DNA of 64,000 nucleotides from Escherichia coli (GTDB lineage Bacteria; Pseudomonadota; Gammaproteobacteria; Enterobacterales; Enterobacteriaceae): NCBI RefSeq assembly GCF_003334815.1, contig NZ_QOWO01000022.1; one strand, 5' to 3'. Shown piece by piece: positions 57,864 to 64,000 of this stretch (position 1 is its first letter; each line of letters starts with the position of its first letter). The notes under the pieces were generated by a model. It saw only the letters and a program-made list of their open reading frames with translations, ran no database searches and was not told where the DNA came from. The position numbers and the translations under genes were made by a program.

Positions 57864-59483
57864 TCAGATGATATTGGGCGTGATCAGCACCACGAGAATG
57901 GTGTCGTCGTTTTCACTGTTGATCCCACCGCCAAGACCGAAGAATCCCGGCGTACCTACACCCTGTTTTCCGCTGCGACGTCCTGACTGCTGGAAGCCAC
58001 TGATAATGACCGTCTGCCCGGATTTCAGATCCACGGTCTGATTGATGGTTTTCAGATCCACATTCGGCAGCTGGGCTTTACTTCCACCGCTCTCATAATT
58101 CTCAATAACCGGTTTGTCGGAGAGACTCATGGAATAGAGCAACTGCAGTGTCTGTGAGTCCGGGAGAATGAACGGCAGAAGGGTCATGTTAAAACCGGTG
58201 GTGATGGTGGCCGCATTCAGAGAGGTGGATGAGCCGACATTGGCTGTGGTATCCGTCGTCACACTCTCGATGTAACTTTGCTGATTGGCGATCTGCATTG
58301 GCACCGGCGTCAGGTTTTTGGTGACGGCAGAGTTCTGGGTCACCACACTGACATCCCCCTGGGAAGACAATGCTTTCAGGAAGGCTTTTGAACCGGTGAG
58401 TTTACCGTCCACAATGGAAACACCACCTGTGATGGCATCACTGGCTGCACTGGTGAATGTGCTGCCGAGACTCAGTCCCAGCGTTCTGTCGCTGAAGACT
58501 GCGTTCCAGTCGATACCGGCCTGCTCATTGCGGGTTTTCCGGATACTCAGAATTTCCACATTCAGCACCACCTGACGTTTCATCTCTTCATTGCGTTTTT
58601 CAATGAATGCCCGGACCGTTTCCAGAACCTGTGGATTATCTGTGACGGTGATAAAGCCCGTGGACATGAACATGCGTCCGATACCCGGGGTCAGCATTGA
58701 TGTGACCGCATTTTTCACATCCTGATACAGCGCAGACTTCATATCCACGGTGGTGGTCTGGGTATTGCTGGCATCACCGGAAATGGCATCTGATGCACTG
58801 CCTCCTGATGAGCCGTTTGAGGACATGGTGCCGCTGACCACAGTGGCGTTATAGGCCACCTGACTGTCCATATAGGTGATGGGGAAGGTCTGTGTCTCGA
58901 GATAATAGAAGATGATATGCGAGCCGTCATAGCGCCAGGATATACCGAGACGGGAGGAGACCGCATTCAGCAGGGTCGTCAGGCCGGAGGCATTCAGTTC
59001 AGACAGTGCTGCGGTATTTCCCGGCAGACGGGATGGTGGCGTGTCAGATGCGCCAATGGCGGCAAGGGGAACCATGCCGCTCGCATCCGGTGGGGGTAAT
59101 GCGCCCTGGATTTGTTGTGTGCTGCCGGTTGTGGATGTATTCAGGTATGTCAGTACATCAGGTGTGATCCGTACCGGAATATGGCAGCTTTCCGTGATCC
59201 GCTGAACCACCTGCTGAAGGGTGATGCTCTGACGGGTATGAATGACAATGGGACAACCGGGAACGGTTTTGCCGGTGTTTTTATCCATGACCGGACGGGG
59301 ATTGATCCATTGTCGTGAGGATTCCTTAACAACCGGCGTCCGGGTTCGCAGATCAGACATCATTTCCCGTGCCCGTTGTTGTTCCGCAACGGCTTCCTTT
59401 CTTGTGCTCTCAAGCTGTCTGTAACTGGCACAGCCCTGTAACAGAGCGGCGGCAATCATAATGGCAAGAATTTTTTTATTCAT
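57864..59483 (-). CDS. pilN: Secretin-family outer-membrane lipoprotein PilN
   Basis: Lipobox MNKKILAIMIAAALLQGC; C-terminal secretin domain with Gly-rich end; 539 aa. Confidence 0.8.
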   Translation of the reverse strand: MNKKILAIMIAAALLQGCASYRQLESTRKEAVAEQQRAREMMSDLRTRTPVVKESSRQWINPRPVMDKNTGKTVPGCPIVIHTRQSITLQQVVQRITESCHIPVRITPDVLTYLNTSTTGSTQQIQGALPPPDASGMVPLAAIGASDTPPSRLPGNTAALSELNASGLTTLLNAVSSRLGISWRYDGSHIIFYYLETQTFPITYMDSQVAYNATVVSGTMSSNGSSGGSASDAISGDASNTQTTTVDMKSALYQDVKNAVTSMLTPGIGRMFMSTGFITVTDNPQVLETVRAFIEKRNEEMKRQVVLNVEILSIRKTRNEQAGIDWNAVFSDRTLGLSLGSTFTSAASDAITGGVSIVDGKLTGSKAFLKALSSQGDVSVVTQNSAVTKNLTPVPMQIANQQSYIESVTTDTTANVGSSTSLNAATITTGFNMTLLPFILPDSQTLQLLYSMSLSDKPVIENYESGGSKAQLPNVDLKTINQTVDLKSGQTVIISGFQQSGRRSGKQGVGTPGFFGLGGGINSENDDTILVVLITPNII

Positions 59484-59513
59484 GGGAGATCCGTGATTTA
59501 TTCAGATTCGTGA

Positions 59514-59951
59514 CTAATTCATCCAGAGGATGACGTGATCGGGGATCACTGACGGAAGTGTGACGGAAAGCGCTCTGCCGGCTGTGTCCAGCAGTCGGCC
59601 GTTTTCCACCCTGCCGAGCAGAGCAGAGTCATTACTCTGTTCCCTGAGCGCGGCCATCAGGCCCGGGGTTTCTGTAGCCCAGACAAAAACACGTTGCTGG
59701 CTGATGATATGACTGACGGTATCCGTCCCGGGAATCCCGAGCTGAGCGGATGTCAGCCGCCCTCCGGCTGTCCGTCGTTCCGGATGCTGATGCAGGTAAT
59801 CATTGATGGCGTTCATATAACGAATGAACGTTGCTGCCTGTTGTGTGTTTTCTGCGGCCTGATGACGGTGTTCGCTGCGGGAGAGCTGACTGGTGAACCA
59901 GAAATTGCCTGTGGTCGTGATGACCATGATGAACACGATGAACCAGCCCAT
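59514..59951 (-). CDS. pilM: Pilus-assembly protein PilM
   Basis: 145 aa with an N-terminal transmembrane segment; between pilL and pilN. Confidence 0.5.
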   Translation of the reverse strand: MGWFIVFIMVITTTGNFWFTSQLSRSEHRHQAAENTQQAATFIRYMNAINDYLHQHPERRTAGGRLTSAQLGIPGTDTVSHIISQQRVFVWATETPGLMAALREQSNDSALLGRVENGRLLDTAGRALSVTLPSVIPDHVILWMN

Positions 59952-59955
59952 AAGG

Positions 59956-61026
59956 TTATTCCTGTGGACGATCTGTCACCCGCAGCAGACATTGTGCAGT
60001 GCTGGTCCGGGCATACAGCGGTTTTTCCACCGGGGTGTAGAGTGCGAAGAGCTGTTCCAGCGCCTGGCGGAAACTGCCGGTGAAAACCAGAGGGGCATCG
60101 ATACTGTAGTTAACGGGCGTTTCCCAGCGCAGCGTCCAGGTGCCGTGGGGGCATTTTTCGGACGACGTCCAGCGGGCCAGTCCGTCCTTCAGCGTGGTCC
60201 CTTTTTCCATTTTCCACTGCCGTGGCGGTGTGACCTTCTGTGGTGGTGGCGCTACCGGTTTCGTGACCACCGGGGCTGGCGTGGTTGTGCGGGGCGCAGA
60301 TGTACCGGATGTCCCTGTTGTGCTCTGAACCCGGGAAGCGCTGACGGCAGGTGGTACCTGTGCCTGGTCTGCCGCTGTTCCGGTTGTGCTCCTGAACGGA
60401 TTACGTGGTGTGTCCGCTGTTTTCTGTGAACCCTGCGGTGCCGTGAGGTCAACAGGCGGTGCTGCAGTGGTCGTGACAGTCAGTATTTTCCTGTTCCAGT
60501 CCATATGTCCGTACAGTTGCTGCCCGGTCAGCAGAGTATTCAGTGCCCGGTGCCACTGGTCATTAACGGACCAGACGGGGAGGCGTTTGTTCAGTGCCGG
60601 TATGGCAGCGTTCTGTTGCCGGAACTGCCAGCCGGGTGGCAGCAACTGGCGTATCCAGTCACTGACGGAGCGCTGACGTGCCTCACGTAAATAAACGACG
60701 GATGACTGACCGGGTTTACCGGTCATAACCAGTGCGGGCAGCTGTGTGGCCTGAAGGAGCGGGCGGGGAGGCAGTGCGGTACTCTGGCTGCTGACTGCGG
60801 TTGTGGGCGTCGCTGTTGTTGTCGGGCGGGGCGGCGTCACAGGGCGGGTCACCGGTGGCGGAAGCAGACGTTTTTGCGTATGGGCGATAATGGCAGCGCT
60901 TTCGCGAATTTGTCCGTCGACGAACACCAGAGCCGGAGGTGTGGTGTCAGGAACAGGCGTGGCATTAAATGCCGTACAGCCGCTGAGTAATGACGGCAGA
61001 AGGAGTGTAAGTGATTTTTTTTGCAT
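59956..61026 (-). CDS. pilL: Pilus-assembly lipoprotein PilL
   Basis: Lipobox MQKKSLTLLLPSLLSGC followed by a Pro/Thr-rich linker; 356 aa; first recognisable gene of the pil operon. Confidence 0.6.
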   Translation of the reverse strand: MQKKSLTLLLPSLLSGCTAFNATPVPDTTPPALVFVDGQIRESAAIIAHTQKRLLPPPVTRPVTPPRPTTTATPTTAVSSQSTALPPRPLLQATQLPALVMTGKPGQSSVVYLREARQRSVSDWIRQLLPPGWQFRQQNAAIPALNKRLPVWSVNDQWHRALNTLLTGQQLYGHMDWNRKILTVTTTAAPPVDLTAPQGSQKTADTPRNPFRSTTGTAADQAQVPPAVSASRVQSTTGTSGTSAPRTTTPAPVVTKPVAPPPQKVTPPRQWKMEKGTTLKDGLARWTSSEKCPHGTWTLRWETPVNYSIDAPLVFTGSFRQALEQLFALYTPVEKPLYARTSTAQCLLRVTDRPQE

Positions 61027-61182
61027 AGAATAAAATCCGGTATATTACGGGTTACGGTATAAGACAGGTGGCGGGTAACTGGCCTTCAGATGAATATCAT
61101 TTCATCGGGTTATTGATAATGAACGTTCATGTTCGTGGGGGGATTATAAGAGTGAATTGCATTTTAGAACGGGAGCATTATT

Positions 61183-61539
61183 TTATTTCTTGCCTGTTAT
61201 TGAAACATTTCCGGTTATGATCTCCGAATGGCAGGTATCAATAAAATCACTTTTCCCCGATTGTGTGTCAAAGTCAACGTGGGTGAACCTGTGTACATCC
61301 TGCCATATGGCGAAACAGACAGGACAGGTAACAGGTAGTTTGCCTTCAGCTATTTTTTCGCAGCTTTCAACCAGTTGCTGCGCCTTGTTGTATCTGACGT
61401 TATAGCCATTTGTGCAAAGCGTTTCATACCCATGAGCTCCTGTAACTATATGTGTGGCGATTCTTTCGTGGACTCTCCCATTAATTAATAATTGTTCACG
61501 CGTTGTGATTGTTCTCATGCCTGTTTCTCTGTTGGTCAT
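61183..61539 (-). CDS. Hypothetical protein (118 aa) with CxxC motif
   Basis: ORF upstream of pilL; contains CPVC and additional Cys/His residues. Confidence 0.35.
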   Translation of the reverse strand: MTNRETGMRTITTREQLLINGRVHERIATHIVTGAHGYETLCTNGYNVRYNKAQQLVESCEKIAEGKLPVTCPVCFAIWQDVHRFTHVDFDTQSGKSDFIDTCHSEIITGNVSITGKK

Positions 61540-61634
61540 AACATAAAATAATCTGCATTCCTGAAAAATATCTCGGTTGTGAAATATTTAATTTTTATCC
61601 CCCTTTTCTGAGGGATAAAAAGCAGGCTGTCAGG

Positions 61635-61952
61635 CTATAACTGAACGCGGTTTCTGGATTTTGGTGCTAATGTCACATCTTTCCATTCACAGCTGCTTCC
61701 GGGTATACGCTCTTTGCGTCGTATTATACGGGAGTTCTGACACACAATAATTAAGCCATTGTCTGCCGTCTGAAATGGCATTATAGCGATGTTTATATCT
61801 TCTGTTGCAGGAATATAACTGACTTTCTTTTCACATGTATTGGTGTATATGACAACTCTGAATTTTTCTGCGGACATTTTCAATCCTCTTTTAAACCAGA
61901 ATATCCCGTGAGGGCATTCTTTGTGAAAAAGATGCCGGAAAAATTCCGGCAC
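61635..61952 (-). CDS. Hypothetical protein (105 aa)
   Basis: AT-rich ORF between the flotillin gene and pilL-proximal genes. Confidence 0.3.
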   Translation of the reverse strand: MPEFFRHLFHKECPHGIFWFKRGLKMSAEKFRVVIYTNTCEKKVSYIPATEDINIAIMPFQTADNGLIIVCQNSRIIRRKERIPGSSCEWKDVTLAPKSRNRVQL

Positions 61953-61957
61953 GGGGA

Positions 61958-63652
61958 TTAAACCTGTTGTGGTTCTGAGTTATCCGGAGCGGTTACCGGT
62001 TCGCTGACATCCGGAACCTTTTCCGGGGCAGGCATGACCAGTGGACGTGTCAGGGCTGTAAGTCCTTCACCGGATAACCCCACCTCCTTCAGCAGGGAGT
62101 CGATGAGCGGAGCCTGTGTTCGGTAAGCCAGAGCGGCGGTTACCGCCTGTTCAGCGAGATTTCCGCCACTTATGTCGGTTGTTGCTGTTTTACCGCGGGT
62201 AACACCGCCATTCAGGCCATCCACCTGAATGATTTTAATGCCGTCAATGGATTTCATTGGTTCTGTGGACTTCTCTATGACGGCAGGTAATGCATCCAGC
62301 AGAGCAAGACGGAACCGAAGGCTGGTCTGCTCATCCGAAAGCACGTTAATGGCATCGTTCAGTGCGCGCTGTGCTTCCGCTTCTGCCAGACCTTTCTGAC
62401 GGGTGGCCTCCGCCAGTTCAATAATTGCTGCTGCCTGGAGTTCGGCTGCTTCTTTTTCAGCCTGGGCGCGAACCGTCAGTTCAACCGCCTTCGTTTCAGC
62501 TTCCTGAGCAGCAGCAATCAGGGCAACCTGTTTGGTACGGTCGGCCTCCGCAGTCTGGCGGGTGGTTTCCACATCCTGCTGGGCCTGTACGGCTTCAGCC
62601 AGTGCTTTACTTGCCCGGGCTTCTGCCTGTGACTGCTCTTCCGATTTTGCCGCCACGGCAATGGCTCTGGCCTGGCTGGCGATTTCGGTTGCCTGCTGTT
62701 GCTCAATTTCCCGTATGGCTACTTCCCGTTCGGCTTCGACCTGGCGGGTACGCACTATCTGCTGTCGTTCGATTTCGGCTTCCTCTATCTTACGTTCAGC
62801 CAGAATTCGCGCGGATTCTGCTTCACGACGTCGTTCAGCTTCAATAGCAGCAATACTGGCACTCTGCTCTGCCGTACGGGTTTTTACCCGTTGTTGTTGC
62901 TCCAGAGTCATGAAGGCTTCCTGCTGTTCAATCTCCAGACGTCGGGAGAGTGCATCCCGGTTTTTTTCCCTGATGGCCACTTCAACATCCTGCTCAACTT
63001 CGTTACGTTCGCGGCGACGACGTTCTGTTTCCTGGGTCAGAAGGGTCAGGCCTTCAGCATCAAAGGCATTGTCAGGATTAAAATGTTCCCGTGCAGTCTG
63101 GTTGAAACTTGTCAGCGACACACTTTCAAGCTCCAGACCGTTTTTGGATAAGTCTTCCGCAACGGTGTTCTGCACACCCTGAACAAAGTTCTCGCGGGCA
63201 TCCTGTAAATCCTGCATGCTCATTCTGGCCGCCGTGGCCCGCAGGGCATCAACAAATTTATCCTCGACCAGACTACGCAGATCTTCAGGTGTGAGCGTGC
63301 GTTGTCCCAGCGTCTGGGCTGCAGTGGATATTCCTTCGGCTGATGGTTTTACCCGAAGAAAAAAGGCAACGGCAACATCAACACGCATGCGGTCGCGGGT
63401 AATGAGACTTTCAGCCGCTGCACGACTGACTTCCAGCTTCAGGGTGTTCATGTTGACGGGAATTGTTTCGTGAAAAATGGGCATAACAATTGCGCCGCCA
63501 CTCATTACCACTTTTTGGCCTCCCAGACCTGTGCGGACAAAGGCCTGCTCTGCCGATGCCCGACGGTACAGGCGGGCAAATATCAGCCCGATAACGAACA
63601 GGGTGAGGACCAGCGCAATAACGGTAAACAACCATCCCGGAAGATTAAACAT
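61958..63652 (-). CDS. yqiK: Flotillin-like SPFH/band-7 membrane protein (YqiK-like)
   Basis: 564 aa: N-terminal transmembrane anchor, SPFH domain, then a long Glu/Ala/Arg-rich coiled-coil region. Preceded by an NfeD-like gene, as in yqiJK operons. Symbol by architecture only. Confidence 0.7.
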   Translation of the reverse strand: MFNLPGWLFTVIALVLTLFVIGLIFARLYRRASAEQAFVRTGLGGQKVVMSGGAIVMPIFHETIPVNMNTLKLEVSRAAAESLITRDRMRVDVAVAFFLRVKPSAEGISTAAQTLGQRTLTPEDLRSLVEDKFVDALRATAARMSMQDLQDARENFVQGVQNTVAEDLSKNGLELESVSLTSFNQTAREHFNPDNAFDAEGLTLLTQETERRRRERNEVEQDVEVAIREKNRDALSRRLEIEQQEAFMTLEQQQRVKTRTAEQSASIAAIEAERRREAESARILAERKIEEAEIERQQIVRTRQVEAEREVAIREIEQQQATEIASQARAIAVAAKSEEQSQAEARASKALAEAVQAQQDVETTRQTAEADRTKQVALIAAAQEAETKAVELTVRAQAEKEAAELQAAAIIELAEATRQKGLAEAEAQRALNDAINVLSDEQTSLRFRLALLDALPAVIEKSTEPMKSIDGIKIIQVDGLNGGVTRGKTATTDISGGNLAEQAVTAALAYRTQAPLIDSLLKEVGLSGEGLTALTRPLVMPAPEKVPDVSEPVTAPDNSEPQQV

Positions 63653-63678
63653 AGTGAGAACCTCTGTATATGTCGGGA

Positions 63679-64000
63679 TTAAAGAACATCCGGCCAGGGA
63701 TTCAGTTCGCCCAGCCAGCGGGAACCGGAAAGACGGCAGACAATAATCACTTTGTCTCCTCGTCTGAATTCTTTCCCGGCCTCCGGCTCCAGCAACAGGT
63801 AATGAACCTGCCCAAAGCGGTCTGTGAAGCGACCTTCACAGGGGGAACCCGCCACTGCGTGATAACCGGTGATGGTGGCCATACACCCGATGAAAGCCTC
63901 CTCGGTGAGCGCCGTTGTTTCATCACGGGGTAACCAGGGGGCAATCAGTCTGCCGGTGCGGTGTACGAGAGGACATGTCAGCAGCAGGCAAAGTGGTGCA
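63679..64000 (-). CDS. NfeD-like membrane protein, C-terminal part (5' end beyond window)
   Basis: The frame is open from the window edge to the stop at 63679; a hydrophobic segment is followed by a small C-terminal beta domain. Operon partner of the flotillin gene. Confidence 0.5.
   Translation of the reverse strand, partial: APLCLLLTCPLVHRTGRLIAPWLPRDETTALTEEAFIGCMATITGYHAVAGSPCEGRFTDRFGQVHYLLLEPEAGKEFRRGDKVIIVCRLSGSRWLGELNPWPDVL

Larger units (their letters stand above)
1..61026. mobile_element. IncI-complex-type conjugative transfer region (nik/trb/tra/sog/pil/rci modules plus accessory island); plasmid or integrated element, cannot be decided from the window
   Basis: Collinear gene set read from the sequence: nikAB, trbABC, excA, traY back to traE with a Sog-like primase, rci plus shufflon, pilV to pilL. 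Order and approximate protein sizes match the R64/ColIb-P9 transfer region as I recall it; not verified by search. Confidence 0.6.

Noticed and set aside
62425-63182. Plus-strand ORFs 62425-62847, 62532-63182 and 62699-63151 antisense to the flotillin gene
   Set aside because: Low-complexity translations of the reverse strand of an Ala/Glu/Arg-rich coiled-coil coding region; typical antisense artefacts.
1-64000. Interpretation as a PAPI-1/SPI-7-type ICE because of the type IVb pil operon
   Set aside because: The accompanying genes (MobP relaxase with NikA, trbABC, Dot/Icm-like traE-traY, Sog primase, rci shufflon) and their order fit the IncI-type plasmid transfer region instead; no GI-type T4SS genes or integrase were seen.
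1-64000. CRISPR arrays, rRNA, tRNA and IS transposases
   Set aside because: No regularly spaced direct repeats with unique spacers, no rRNA-like conserved blocks, no obvious tRNA cloverleaf candidates and no transposase-like ORFs were seen on manual reading; a covariance-model scan would be needed to fully exclude small RNAs.

Overview
This window reads as the transfer region of an IncI-complex (R64/ColIb-P9-like) conjugative plasmid, or an integrated element carrying the same module. The assignments rest on motifs, gene order and sizes read from the sequence; no database search was possible. From the left: a putative oriT and nikA-nikB relaxosome operon, a TolA-domain-III-like lipoprotein, then trbC-trbB-trbA on the minus strand. 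An accessory island of about 13 kb (9.2-22.2 kb) follows, with no transposase or integrase. It encodes a SPATE serine-protease autotransporter, a secreted thermonuclease, a phosphoethanolamine transferase, a hok/pnd-type toxin, and several uncharacterised genes including a 528-aa HTH plus PD-(D/E)xK nuclease fusion. Next come excA and a long minus-strand Dot/Icm-like type IVB operon (traY back to traE, with a Sog-like primase), then rci and the thin-pilus operon pilV to pilL. A PilV shufflon with four sfx sites and two silent, in-frame alternative C-terminal tails is directly visible. The right edge carries a flotillin/NfeD pair. No rRNA, tRNA or CRISPR array was seen. The best candidates for an undescribed system are the HTH-nuclease gene, an AT-rich gene inserted antisense inside the tra operon, and the TolA-like lipoprotein; none could be confirmed.
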